Shown piece by piece: positions 18,604 to 28,542 of a stretch of 64,000 nt of DNA (its first letter is position 1; each line of letters opens with the position of its first letter). Position numbers and translations under genes: made by a program. The notes under the pieces were generated by a model that searched no databases, had not been told where the DNA came from, and saw nothing but the letters and a program-made list of their open reading frames with translations. This stretch comes from Pseudomonadota bacterium (GTDB lineage: Bacteria; Pseudomonadota; Alphaproteobacteria; Kiloniellales; J153): the NCBI GenBank assembly GCA_022572685.1, contig JACZVL010000001.1, positions 3,914 through 67,913 of the forward strand, in the 5' to 3' direction.

Positions 18604-20936
18604 CCGAGTCGTTTATCGGCGCGCGCATCGGGCGGTTCGAGGACCGGGCCCTGCTTACCGGACAGGGGCAGTACCTCGACGACATTCACATGGCGGGCAT
18701 GCTGGAGATGGCCTTCGTGCGCAGCCCCCATCCCCACGCCCTGATTCGCGGCATCGATGCCGGCAAGGCGCTGGCCCTGCCCGGCGTACACGCCGTCTAC
18801 AGCCACGCCGACTTGGCCGCCGTGCTGACCGCGGACCGGATTCCGCAGGATAAGGGCGGCGCGAAGTTTCCCGACACCACCTGGCCGGTGGTGCTGCCGA
18901 AGGACGAGACCTGTTTCGTCGGCGAACCGGTCGCGGCGGTGGTCGCGGAGTCGCGCTATATTGCGGAGGACGCGGCCGCTCTGGTGGAGGTCGACTACGA
19001 GCCACTGCAACCGGCCGCGGATTGCCGCGACGCGGCGGCGCCCGGCGCGCCCAAGGTGCATCTCGAGGCGAAAGACAACATCGTCGCCGAGATTCGCGCC
19101 GACTACGGCGACTGTACGGCCGCCTTCGCCGCGGCCGACCATGTCTTCGCCATTTCCCTGAAGCAGCACCGCGGCGCGGCCCATTCGATCGAGGGGCGCG
19201 GCATTATCGCGAGCTACAGCGCGGTCGGGGACGAGATGACGGTCTGGGCCTCGGTCCAGACTCCGCACAAGCTGCGCAACGGGCTGATGGAGCTGTTCGG
19301 TGTCGACGAAAGCGGGGTGCGGGTCATCGTGCCCGACGTCGGCGGTGCCTTCGGCGGCAAGAACGTGATCTATCCCGAGGACGTCATGGTGGCCGTGGCG
19401 GCGCGGCTGTTGGAACGCCCGGTCAAATGGGTCGAGGACCGGCGCGAGCATTTCCTGGCGGCGGTCCAGGAGCGCGACCAGTACTGGGACCTGGAGATCG
19501 CCTGCGACGGCGAGGGCCGGATACAGGGGGTCCGCGGCAAGATCATCCACGACCAGGGCGCCTACACCATGATGGGGCTGCACACGCCGCACAACAGCGC
19601 GATCGCGGTTCCCGGACCCTATGTGGTGCCGAACTATCGGATCGACGTGGTCGTGACCGAGACCAACAAGGTCGGCTGCGTGCCGATCCGGGGCGCGGGC
19701 TACCCGGAAGCATGCTTCGCCATGGAACGGTTGCTGGACGAGATCGCGCGCGGGCTCGACTTGGACCGGGCCGAGGTGCGGCGCCGCAACCTGATTCCGG
19801 CCGACCAGATGCCCTACGAGCATCCGATGAAGACTCGCGAGGGGACACCGACGATCTACGACACCGGCGACTTCCCGGCCTGCCAGGTCCAGGCGCTGGA
19901 GACCGCCGATTACGCCGGCTTCGCCACGCGTCAGGCCCGGGCCCGGTCCGAGGGGCGCTACCTGGGCATCGGGGTCAGCAACATGGTCAAGGTGACCGGG
20001 CGCGGACCCTTCGAGTCGGGCGTCGTGCGGGTCGGCCGTTCGGGCCGCGTCAGCATCTACACCGGCGCCATGGAGATGGGCCAGGGCACCAAGACCAGCC
20101 TGGCCCAGATCTGCGCCGAACACCTCGGGGTTCCGCCCGGGGAGATCACGGTCGTCGCGGGCGATACCGGCGCCGTGCTGCACGGCATCGGCGGTTACGG
20201 CAGCCGCCAGACGGTGACCGGGGGCAGCTCGGTCCACCTCGCCGCCATCGAGGTCCGCGACAAGGCGCTCAAGGTCGCCGCCCACACCCTGGAGGTGTCC
20301 GAACGGGACCTGGAGCTCAAGGATGGCGAGGCACGGGTCAAGGGAGCGCCGGAGCTGTCCATGAGCCTGGCCGACATCGCCAAGGCGCTGTCCGGCGCCA
20401 AGGGCTACTCCCTGCCCAAGGAGGTCACGCCCTGGCTGCAGTCGTGCGTCAACTTCCGGCCGCCGGACGTGACCTACGCCAATGCCGCCCACGTGGTCGA
20501 GGTCGAGGTCGATATCGGCACCGGCGGCGTCAGGATTCTGCGCTACGTCATGGCCAACGACAGCGGGCGGCTGATCAACCCGACGCTCGCCGAAGGCCAG
20601 CTTGTCGGCGGCACCGTCCATGGCATCGGCAACACGTTGTTCGAATGGATGGGCTACGACGAGAATGCCCAGCCGGTCACCACCACCCTCGCCGACTATC
20701 TGCTGCCGACGGCGGCCGAGGTGCCGAACTTCGAGATCATCCACGTCGAGCATCCCTCGACCCTGAACCCGCTCGGCGTGAAGGGGATCGGCGAGGCCGG
20801 AACCGTGCCCGTGGCCGGCGCGGTCATCTCGGCGATCGAGCACGCGCTGGAGCCCTTCGGGGTGCGCATCGCCGAGGCGCCGATCTCACCGGGCCGGTTG
20901 ATCGAGCTGATCGCGGCCGGGAAGCAGGGAAGCTGA
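18600..20936 (+). CDS. Xanthine dehydrogenase family molybdopterin-binding subunit (CoxL-like, not bona fide CODH)
   Basis: DVGGAFGGK, active-site loop PIRGAGYPE, MGQG, GSR, KGIGEAG. Confidence 0.92.
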   Translation: MTESFIGARIGRFEDRALLTGQGQYLDDIHMAGMLEMAFVRSPHPHALIRGIDAGKALALPGVHAVYSHADLAAVLTADRIPQDKGGAKFPDTTWPVVLPKDETCFVGEPVAAVVAESRYIAEDAAALVEVDYEPLQPAADCRDAAAPGAPKVHLEAKDNIVAEIRADYGDCTAAFAAADHVFAISLKQHRGAAHSIEGRGIIASYSAVGDEMTVWASVQTPHKLRNGLMELFGVDESGVRVIVPDVGGAFGGKNVIYPEDVMVAVAARLLERPVKWVEDRREHFLAAVQERDQYWDLEIACDGEGRIQGVRGKIIHDQGAYTMMGLHTPHNSAIAVPGPYVVPNYRIDVVVTETNKVGCVPIRGAGYPEACFAMERLLDEIARGLDLDRAEVRRRNLIPADQMPYEHPMKTREGTPTIYDTGDFPACQVQALETADYAGFATRQARARSEGRYLGIGVSNMVKVTGRGPFESGVVRVGRSGRVSIYTGAMEMGQGTKTSLAQICAEHLGVPPGEITVVAGDTGAVLHGIGGYGSRQTVTGGSSVHLAAIEVRDKALKVAAHTLEVSERDLELKDGEARVKGAPELSMSLADIAKALSGAKGYSLPKEVTPWLQSCVNFRPPDVTYANAAHVVEVEVDIGTGGVRILRYVMANDSGRLINPTLAEGQLVGGTVHGIGNTLFEWMGYDENAQPVTTTLADYLLPTAAEVPNFEIIHVEHPSTLNPLGVKGIGEAGTVPVAGAVISAIEHALEPFGVRIAEAPISPGRLIELIAAGKQGS

Positions 20937-20967
20937 GTTGCGCGTCCGGGCGGTTCTTGCGGAGCGG

Positions 20968-21546
20968 TCAGCCGCGCCCGAACAGGCGCCGAATCGCGCC
21001 GCGGATGGCGTCCCACAAGACGCGGAATCCAAGGGCGACGGCGGAGATCGGTCGGGCCGGAGCGGGTTCCGGGAGCGCCGCCTCCGCGCCTTCACGCTTG
21101 GCCAGGGTCGCCTTCAGGCAGTCGGCGAACTGCCCGATCAGCTGCGCGGCGAGCGCGGAGATCATGCCGGCGCCGCGGCCGTATTGCGCGACCGAACCGG
21201 AAAGTTGCAAATCGGTGTGGATCAGCACCCTGGTGACGTTTCCGTCGGGCTCCAGATGGAAATCCACCGTGGCGGCCGCGCCGCCCCGGCCCTTGGAGTC
21301 GCTGCCCGAGGCCTTGACCCGCGCCCGGTATCCGGCCTCGTCGATCTCCTCGAAGCGCGCGGTGCCGTTGAAGACCAGCGCCACCGGGCCGAGCCGGACC
21401 GAAATCTTGCCCTTGAAGCTGGTTTCGTCGACGACCTCGGTCACCTCGGCGCCGGGCATGCAGGGTGCGATGCCCTCGATGTCGGTCAGGATGGCCCAGG
21501 CCTCGTCGATGGGGACGGGCACCTCGAATTCGTTGTCGATCTCCAC
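20968..21546 (-). CDS. CoxG / SRPBCC family protein
   Basis: IDNEFEVPVPIDEAWAILTD, IAPCMPGAE, GSVAQYGRG; GTG start behind GGGAGGGG. Confidence 0.88.
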   Translation of the reverse strand: MEIDNEFEVPVPIDEAWAILTDIEGIAPCMPGAEVTEVVDETSFKGKISVRLGPVALVFNGTARFEEIDEAGYRARVKASGSDSKGRGGAAATVDFHLEPDGNVTRVLIHTDLQLSGSVAQYGRGAGMISALAAQLIGQFADCLKATLAKREGAEAALPEPAPARPISAVALGFRVLWDAIRGAIRRLFGRG

Positions 21547-21741
21547 TTTAGAATATTCCCTCCCCTTACCTTCCCTTCGACGAAAACGCGCGCGACGGAA
21601 ACGCGCGCGCGTGCTCGTGGAACCGAGCGGCGATCCATTGAACCACGCGCCGGAGGCCGGGTCCATGCATCGGTTGACGGTGTTTGAAGATTGGCAATAG
21701 AGTCGCCGAACCGCCTCTTGGCGGCCGGGTAGGAGGGCGCC

Positions 21742-22725
21742 ATCGCCAGGCTGAAACTGACCATCGCGCTGGAGCGTCTCGACCGCCACGTGCCGTTCTT
21801 CATGGGCGCGGTGAGCCTGCCGGAGGGAGTCGAACTGCGGGTCCTCGAGGTCGGGCTGGGCGACGCGGTGCACCGGGACGGCACCGACCGCCACGGCCGC
21901 ATGTTCCGGGACCGGGAATTCGATATCTGCGAGCAGTCCCTGTCCTCCTACATCATCTCGAAGAGCCGGGGCGGCGGGTTCACCGCGGCGCCGGTGTTCC
22001 CGCGCCGGCTGTTCAGCCAGAACTGCATGTTCGTCAACGTCGATGCCGGCATTGCGGAGCCCAAGGACCTGATCGGCAAGAAGGTCGGCGTGGTCTCGTT
22101 CCAGACCACGCTCTCGGTGCTGGCGAAGGGCGACCTCAAGTTCGACTACGGCGTCCCCTGGGAGGGCATCGACTGGTTCGTTCAGTCCGACGAGGAACTG
22201 TCCTGGGAGGCCGGCGCGGACGTTTCGGTCCAAAAGGTGCCGGCGGGCAAGAGGGTCGGCGATATGCTGGCCGAGGGCGAGCTCGACGCCATGTTCCATC
22301 CCCTGCCCCCGGCCTCGGCGGTCGGCCGGAGCGACCGGGTGCGGCGCCTGTTCCCGGATCCGCGTGCCGAGGCGACCCGCTACTTCGGCAAGCACGGCTA
22401 CTGCCCGATCATGCACCTGATGGTGTTTCCCGACGATCTGGTGGCGCGCGAGCCCTGGCTGCCCCGGGCGATGATCGACATGTGGGAGCAGGCGAAGGCG
22501 AAAACCGAGGCCTTCTACGACGATCCCAGCTATTCCCTGCTGCTGTTCGGGCGCAACGAGCTCGAGGCCCAGCGCGCGACCTTCGGCGCCGACCCCTGGC
22601 CCTCGGGACTGGCGGCGAACCGCGCCAACCTGGCGCGCTTCATCGATTATGTCGCCGACCAGGGCCTGATCGACGCGCCGATTCCCGTGGACAGCCTGTT
22701 CCATGACTCGGTGCTGGATACCTGA
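21742..22725 (+). CDS. 4,5-dihydroxyphthalate decarboxylase-like protein (periplasmic-binding fold, no signal peptide); start codon appears to be ATC
   Basis: N-terminal xARLKLTIALERLDRH, FDICEQSLSSY, PVFPRRLF, PIMHL, DPWPSGLAANR. Confidence 0.75.
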   Translation: MARLKLTIALERLDRHVPFFMGAVSLPEGVELRVLEVGLGDAVHRDGTDRHGRMFRDREFDICEQSLSSYIISKSRGGGFTAAPVFPRRLFSQNCMFVNVDAGIAEPKDLIGKKVGVVSFQTTLSVLAKGDLKFDYGVPWEGIDWFVQSDEELSWEAGADVSVQKVPAGKRVGDMLAEGELDAMFHPLPPASAVGRSDRVRRLFPDPRAEATRYFGKHGYCPIMHLMVFPDDLVAREPWLPRAMIDMWEQAKAKTEAFYDDPSYSLLLFGRNELEAQRATFGADPWPSGLAANRANLARFIDYVADQGLIDAPIPVDSLFHDSVLDT

Positions 22726-22747
22726 AGATCAAGCGACTCCCTGGGCA

Positions 22748-22765
22748 TATTTGTATTGACAAATA
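22748..22765. promoter_or_regulatory. Palindromic operator overlapping a TTGACA -35 box upstream of GntR
   Basis: TATTTGT-ATTG-ACAAATA with perfect 7-bp arms; TTGACA at 22756-22761. Confidence 0.65.
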
Positions 22766-22817
22766 GATCCATACCAATCGACACTCGCGGGTCGGGAAGT
22801 GGGAGGAAAGATCGGTC

Positions 22818-23606
22818 ATGACGGGGAAAGTCCCCCAATACCAGGCCGTGGCCGAGGCGCTGCGCCGCGAGATATCCGAGCTGGCGCCCAACACCCTGCT
22901 GCCCACCGAACAGCAGTTGGCCCGGCGCTTCGGCATCAGCCGCGTGACCCTGCGCGAGGCGCTCGATCTTCTGGAGCGCGGCGGCCTGATTTCGCGGTTC
23001 CGCGGCCGCGGTACGGTGGTCAGTCCGCCCAAGATCACGCGACGCTTCTCGCCGTTGTACAGCTTCGAGCGCGACCTCACGGAACAAGGTGTCGCATTCG
23101 AGACGCGGGTCCTGGCCTACCAACCCAAGTCCATCGTGCCCGACTTCATTCGCGCGCGCCTGCGCCTGCCCGGCGATGGTTCGGCCGGGTTCCTGTCGCT
23201 GGTGCGGCTGGTCGACGACCGGATCGTCTGTCATGACCGGCGGCACTACCCCATGGCGATCGCCGCGCGTATCGAGCCGCACCTGATCGAACACCGCGAC
23301 GCCTCGCAAGTTCTCGAGGACCTGGTCGGCAAGCGGATCACCGCGGTCGATTGGGAGAGCGAGATCGTTCCGTCATCGATGGACGTCGCCGCGGCCTTGG
23401 GCCTCTCGCCGGGCGGGCTGATTCTCGCCAACACCTTTACTTACCTGCTGGAGGACGGAACCCCCGTGGAAGCCGGCGTGATCTCCTACCGGATCGACCG
23501 TTGCAAGTTCAAATACGAGGTGCCGTTCGGCCAGGCGGCGGGTGCGGACGACGACGCGGAGCGCCCACAAAGCGGCGCGAGCGAGCGGGCGGCGGGGCGG
23601 AAATGA
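22818..23606 (+). CDS. GntR (HutC/UTRA subfamily) transcriptional regulator
   Basis: LPTEQQLARRFGISRVTLREAL, RGRGTVV, UTRA-type C-terminus. Confidence 0.92.
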   Translation: MTGKVPQYQAVAEALRREISELAPNTLLPTEQQLARRFGISRVTLREALDLLERGGLISRFRGRGTVVSPPKITRRFSPLYSFERDLTEQGVAFETRVLAYQPKSIVPDFIRARLRLPGDGSAGFLSLVRLVDDRIVCHDRRHYPMAIAARIEPHLIEHRDASQVLEDLVGKRITAVDWESEIVPSSMDVAAALGLSPGGLILANTFTYLLEDGTPVEAGVISYRIDRCKFKYEVPFGQAAGADDDAERPQSGASERAAGRK

Positions 23607-25657
23607 ACGCGATCCGGCTGGGCGTGGATATCGGCGGCACCTTCACGGACATCACGGTGATGGAAGAGGATAGCGGCCGTGTCACCATCTCCAAGGTCCC
23701 GAGCCGGCGCGGTGATCCCGCCGGCGCCCTGATCGACGCGGTGGAGCGCGGACTGGTGCTGGCGAAGGTCGATGCCGCGCGCGTCTCGCTGCTGGTTCAC
23801 GGCACCACCCTGATTACCAATGCGGTGCTCGAGCACAAGCTGCCCAAGGCGGCGCTGGTGACCACCGAGGGCTTTCGCGACGTGCTGGAGATCGGCCGCC
23901 ACTTCCGGCCCGACATGTACGACCTGTTGCAGGACAAGCCCCTGCCGGTGATCCCGCGCGAGCGCCGCTTCTGCGTCGCGGAACGCACGGCGGCCGACGG
24001 CGAGGTCCTCAAGGAGCTCGATCACGACGCGGTGCGGGGCCTGTTCGACGCGATCCGTGACAGCGGCGCCGAGGCGGTCGCGGTCTGCTTCCTCAACTCC
24101 TTCGTCAACTCGGCCAACGAGGCCTTGGCCAAGGATTGGCTGCGCCAGGGGCTGCCGGGAATCCATGTTTCGGCCTCCCAGGAGGTTTGCCGCGAGATCC
24201 GGGAGTTCGAGCGCATGAGCACCGTGGCGCTGAACGCCGCCGCCATGCCCCTGGTCACGCGCTACCTGGAGGAGTTGGCGCCGCGCATCCGCAGCGTTCT
24301 GCCCAACGCGCAGATCCTGCTCATGCAGTCGAACGGCGGTTCGCTCACGATCGGTGCCGCCCAGGACTATCCGGTTCGCCTGATCACCTCTGGCCCGGCG
24401 GGCGGCGCGCTCGCGGTCCAGCGGATCGGCAAGGCGACCGATCGGGCCAATCTTCTGGGCGTCGACATGGGCGGCACCAGCACGGATATCTCGCTGATCC
24501 ACCGGGGCGAGCTGCGCATGACCACCGAAGGCGGCATTGCCGAGCATCCGGTGATGCTGCCCATGATCGAGATCAACACCATCGGCGCCGGGGCCGGCAG
24601 CATCGCGTGGCTGGACGAAACCCAGGGCCTGCATGTCGGTCCGCAAAGCGCGGGGTCCGAGCCCGGGCCGGCCGCCTACGGCTGCGGCGGCGAGGAGCCG
24701 ACCGTGACCGATGCCAACCTGGTGCTCGGCCGACTCCATCCGGAACGCTTCCTGGGCGGCGAGATGAAGATGGATCTCGATGCCGCGCGGCGGGTGCTGG
24801 CGGCGCGGATCGGCACCCCGCTCGGCCTGTCGGACGAGGCCGCGGCGGCGGGGATCATCCGCATCGCCAACGCCAACATGGAGCGCGCCATGCGGATCAG
24901 CTCGGCCGAGAAGGGCTTCGATCCGCGCGATCTGACCCTGGTCGCCTTCGGTGGCGCCGGCCCCATGCATGCCGCGGCGCTGGCCAAGGAGGTCGGCATC
25001 CCCACGGTCCTGGTGCCCGAACGGCCGGGCGTGTTCTCGGCGATCGGGCTGGTGATGGCCGATATCCGGCACGACTTCGTGCAGACCCGGGTTGCACGCG
25101 GCGCGGGCGTCACGGCCGAGCATCTTGGGCCGCTGTTTGCCGAACTCGACGCCGAGGCCCGCGCGGCGCTGGTCCGCGACGGCGTGCCGGAAGCGGCTCG
25201 CCGGCTCCGGCGCAGCGCCGATTTCCGCTATCTCGGCCAGGCCTACGAGGTCAACGTTCCGGTCCCGGAGGGAGACATCGACGCGCCCGCCATCGAGACC
25301 ATCGTCCAGAGCTTCCACGATCTGCACCAACGGCTCTACGCCCACAATCATCCGGACAAGCCGGTCGAGTTCGTCAGTGGCCGGGTCGCCGGGATCGGCT
25401 TGACCTCGGCGCCGCCGCTCAAGAGCCAGGCGCGCCGGGCCGGCCCGGCCACGCCGAAGGAGCACCGCCCGGTCTACTTCGACGAGGCGGCGGGCTTCGT
25501 CGATACCGCGATCTACGATCGGGACGGGCTCGCCGCCGGCGCCAGCTTCGAGGGCCCGGCGATCGTCGAGCAGCTCGACACCACCACCGTCATTCATCCC
25601 GGACAGCGGGCCGAGGTCGATGAGTTCGGCAACCTGCTGATCCAGATCGGGGAGTGA
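23603..25657 (+). CDS. hyuA: Hydantoinase A / oxoprolinase family subunit
   Basis: GVDIGGTFTD, HGTT, SGPAGG, DMGGTSTD, GPQSAGSEPGP, FGGAGPMH. Confidence 0.92.
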   Translation: MNAIRLGVDIGGTFTDITVMEEDSGRVTISKVPSRRGDPAGALIDAVERGLVLAKVDAARVSLLVHGTTLITNAVLEHKLPKAALVTTEGFRDVLEIGRHFRPDMYDLLQDKPLPVIPRERRFCVAERTAADGEVLKELDHDAVRGLFDAIRDSGAEAVAVCFLNSFVNSANEALAKDWLRQGLPGIHVSASQEVCREIREFERMSTVALNAAAMPLVTRYLEELAPRIRSVLPNAQILLMQSNGGSLTIGAAQDYPVRLITSGPAGGALAVQRIGKATDRANLLGVDMGGTSTDISLIHRGELRMTTEGGIAEHPVMLPMIEINTIGAGAGSIAWLDETQGLHVGPQSAGSEPGPAAYGCGGEEPTVTDANLVLGRLHPERFLGGEMKMDLDAARRVLAARIGTPLGLSDEAAAAGIIRIANANMERAMRISSAEKGFDPRDLTLVAFGGAGPMHAAALAKEVGIPTVLVPERPGVFSAIGLVMADIRHDFVQTRVARGAGVTAEHLGPLFAELDAEARAALVRDGVPEAARRLRRSADFRYLGQAYEVNVPVPEGDIDAPAIETIVQSFHDLHQRLYAHNHPDKPVEFVSGRVAGIGLTSAPPLKSQARRAGPATPKEHRPVYFDEAAGFVDTAIYDRDGLAAGASFEGPAIVEQLDTTTVIHPGQRAEVDEFGNLLIQIGE

Positions 25658-25661
25658 GGCC

Positions 25662-27359
25662 ATGCGCGTCGATCCCGTCACTCTCGAGGTCGTCAACAAC
25701 GCGCTGGTGGGCGTGGCCGAGCAGATGGCGGCGACCATTCTGCGCACCTCCTATTCCACGGTGATCCGGGAAATGCTCGACTACTCGACGGCCCTCTTCG
25801 ACCCCAAGGGCCGGATCATCGCCCAATCGTGCCGCATTCCGATCCATCTGAACTCCATGTCGCGCTCGCTGCGCACGACGATCGACGAGACCTTCCCGAT
25901 CGAGGACTGGAAGCCGGGCGACATCGTGGTCACCAACGATCCCTACAAGGGCGGGCAGCACCTGCCCGACATCCAGACCTTCCTGCCGGTCTTCGCCGAG
26001 GGCGAGCTGGTGGCGATCTGCGGATCCCTGGGCCACCACCTGGACATCGGCGGCATGCGGCCCGGAAGCTACGCCGGCGACGCGGTCGAGATCTATCAGG
26101 AGGGCTTGCGCATCCCACCCATCAAGCTGTTCGAAGAGGGCAAGCTGAACGAGCGGCTGTTCGCCCTGATCGCGGCCAACGTTCGCCAGCCCGAGACCAC
26201 CAGCGGCGACCTGCGGGCCCAGACCGCGGCACTCGACATCGGTCACGGCGGCGTTCTCGATCTGGTCGAGCGCTACGGCGTCGCCACGCTCATGGACTGC
26301 ATGGAGCAGGCGGCCGAGGCCTCCGAGGCGCGCCTGCGGGCGAAGCTCCGGGAACTCCCGGCGGGAACCTACGAGGGCACGTACTTTGTCGATGACGATG
26401 GCGTCGTGGACCAGCCGATCCGGGTGGTCACCAAGGTCACCATCGGCGACGGCTCGATCCACGTCGACCTCACCGGAACCGACCAGCAGCGCCGCTCACC
26501 GATCAACGCGACGATCTCGTCTTGCGAGTCGGCGATCTACTTCGCGGTTCTCGCGATCCTGGACCCGACGATCCCGGCCAACTACGGCATCTATAAGCCG
26601 ATCCGAATCACCGCGCCCGAGGGGACCGTGGTGAACGCGCTGCCGCCGGCGCCGGTGGTGGGCCGCAACGCCATCACCCACACCATCGTCAATGCCATGA
26701 TGATGGCGCTGTCTCAGGTGGTGCCGGAGCGGATCACCGCCGCCTACTACGGCATGTCGAACGTCTACATCCTGTCCGGCGACGGCAAGGGCGGGGGCGG
26801 GGGCGGTGGCGACCGGCGCGGCTGGACCTTCTTCGACATCGAGGTCGGCGGCGGTGGCGGGCGCCAGACCAAGGATGGGCTCGACTGCTACTCGCAGGGC
26901 ATCCACAATCTGGCCAATACGCCGATCGAGATGGTGGAGATGACCTATCCGCTGCGCTTCCGGCGCTATGAGTATCTTCCCGATACCGGGGGCATCGGCC
27001 GCCACCGCGGCGGCCTGGGGGTGCGGCGCGACATCGAGTTCCTGGACGAAAGCGGCACGCTCAACACCCAGTTCGACAAGTTCAAGGTCGCACCCTTCGG
27101 CCTGTTCGGCGGCGGCGACGGTGCGACCGGCCGCCTGATCCTCAATCCCGATGGCCCGGACGCCCGCGAGCTTCACTCCAAAACCGTGAACTGCGCGCTC
27201 CGACGCGGCGACGTGCTCAGCATGAGGACCCAAGGCGGTGGTGGCTACGGGCCGCCGGAAGAGCGCGACCCGGCGGCGATCGAACGCGACCTGCGCGAGG
27301 AAAAGACCACACCCCAGCGGAGCCGCGAGGCCTATGGTTACCAGGGGGCGAAGAGATGA
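25662..27359 (+). CDS. hyuB: Hydantoinase B / oxoprolinase family subunit
   Basis: DPVTLEV, NDPYKGGQHLPD, HHLDIGG, YQEGLRIPP, GGGGYGPP. Confidence 0.92.
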   Translation: MRVDPVTLEVVNNALVGVAEQMAATILRTSYSTVIREMLDYSTALFDPKGRIIAQSCRIPIHLNSMSRSLRTTIDETFPIEDWKPGDIVVTNDPYKGGQHLPDIQTFLPVFAEGELVAICGSLGHHLDIGGMRPGSYAGDAVEIYQEGLRIPPIKLFEEGKLNERLFALIAANVRQPETTSGDLRAQTAALDIGHGGVLDLVERYGVATLMDCMEQAAEASEARLRAKLRELPAGTYEGTYFVDDDGVVDQPIRVVTKVTIGDGSIHVDLTGTDQQRRSPINATISSCESAIYFAVLAILDPTIPANYGIYKPIRITAPEGTVVNALPPAPVVGRNAITHTIVNAMMMALSQVVPERITAAYYGMSNVYILSGDGKGGGGGGGDRRGWTFFDIEVGGGGGRQTKDGLDCYSQGIHNLANTPIEMVEMTYPLRFRRYEYLPDTGGIGRHRGGLGVRRDIEFLDESGTLNTQFDKFKVAPFGLFGGGDGATGRLILNPDGPDARELHSKTVNCALRRGDVLSMRTQGGGGYGPPEERDPAAIERDLREEKTTPQRSREAYGYQGAKR

Positions 27360-28513
27360 AGATCACCGGGCTGGAGACCATCGTCATCGAGTTGCCGGGG
27401 CGCGCGTCCTACACCTGGCGCTCGCTCCAGGTGCCGATCGGGCGCTACGTGATCCTGAAGGTGACCACCGACGCGGGCATCACCGGCCTGGGCGAGGCGC
27501 CGGCGATCCTCAGCTGGGGCGGCGAGCATGGGCGCTACTTCGGCGAGGACCCGGGCATCGTCTGCTACCTGATCCGGGAGTGCTTCGCCCCCATGCTGGA
27601 GGGCGCGGACCCCTTCGCGGTCAAGAACATCCTGGCCCGGGCCGACGTGGCAATCCGCGGCTATCCCTATACCAAGGCGATGATCGAAAGCGCCTTGTTC
27701 GATATCATGGGACGCAGCCTCGGGGTGCCGGTATATCAGCTGCTCGGCGGCGCCGTGCGCAGCGAAATACCGCTGTGCCACAGCGTCGGGATCGCATCGC
27801 CCGAGTCGGCGGCGGAGGAAGCGGCCCAGGTCGTCGCCGACGGCATCAGCTGGCTTCAGATCAAGGTACCCGGCGAGCCGGCGGAGGACCTGGCGATCGT
27901 CAAGGCGATCCGCCGCGCGGTCGGCGACGGGGTCACCATCTTTCCCGACATCAACCGCGGCTACAACAGCGTCAAGACCGCGGCCAACAGCATCAAGGCG
28001 ATGCAGGCGGAGGCGGGCATCTCGGCGGTCGAGCAGCCGGTCGAGGGCGTCGACGCCATGGCGGCGGTCTGCCGCGCGGTCGAGATCCCGGTCATCGTCG
28101 ACGAGGGCTGCTGGACGCCGCAGGACGCCATCGAGGTGGTCAAGCGCGGCTCCGCGGACGTGATTTCGATCTATTTCACCAAGTCCGGCGGCCTGATCCG
28201 CGCCATGGAGATCGGCGCCATCGGGCGCGCGGCGGGGCTTCCGATCAATGTCAACGGCTCCCTGGAGGGCGGCGTCGGCAACGCTTCCAACCTGCACCTC
28301 GCCGCCGCCCTGGAGGGGACCGTCTTGCCCGGCGTGATCACCGTGAACACCCTGGAGGGCCGGGAGCAGACCAAGGTCGGCGGGGTGTTCTACACCGACG
28401 ATATCATCACCGAGCCGTTCGAATACGCCGACGGCTGCCTGAAGGTGCCGGACCGGCCGGGCCTCGGCATCGAATTGGACCCGGACAAGATCGAAAAATA
28501 CCGGGTCGGGTAA
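27356..28513 (+). CDS. Muconate cycloisomerase-like enolase superfamily enzyme
   Basis: GITGLGEA, IESALFD..GVPVYQLLGG, D-I-N / E-Q-P / D-E metal ligands, PGLGIELD. Confidence 0.88.
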   Translation: MKITGLETIVIELPGRASYTWRSLQVPIGRYVILKVTTDAGITGLGEAPAILSWGGEHGRYFGEDPGIVCYLIRECFAPMLEGADPFAVKNILARADVAIRGYPYTKAMIESALFDIMGRSLGVPVYQLLGGAVRSEIPLCHSVGIASPESAAEEAAQVVADGISWLQIKVPGEPAEDLAIVKAIRRAVGDGVTIFPDINRGYNSVKTAANSIKAMQAEAGISAVEQPVEGVDAMAAVCRAVEIPVIVDEGCWTPQDAIEVVKRGSADVISIYFTKSGGLIRAMEIGAIGRAAGLPINVNGSLEGGVGNASNLHLAAALEGTVLPGVITVNTLEGREQTKVGGVFYTDDIITEPFEYADGCLKVPDRPGLGIELDPDKIEKYRVG

Positions 28514-28542
28514 ACGATGGCGCGTCCGGGGAGGAAATTGCG

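Noticed and set aside
18531..21700. Very long alternative-frame and antisense ORFs (e.g. 19022-21700, 18531-20843; likewise 23486-25747 and 39698-42193)
   Set aside because: Arg/Gly/Pro-rich shadow ORFs overlapping well-supported genes, as expected in high-GC DNA.
21547..22704. 578-aa CoxG fusion from the ORF track
   Set aside because: The upstream part is antisense to the decarboxylase-like gene; CoxG similarity begins at the GTG at 21546, which has an RBS.
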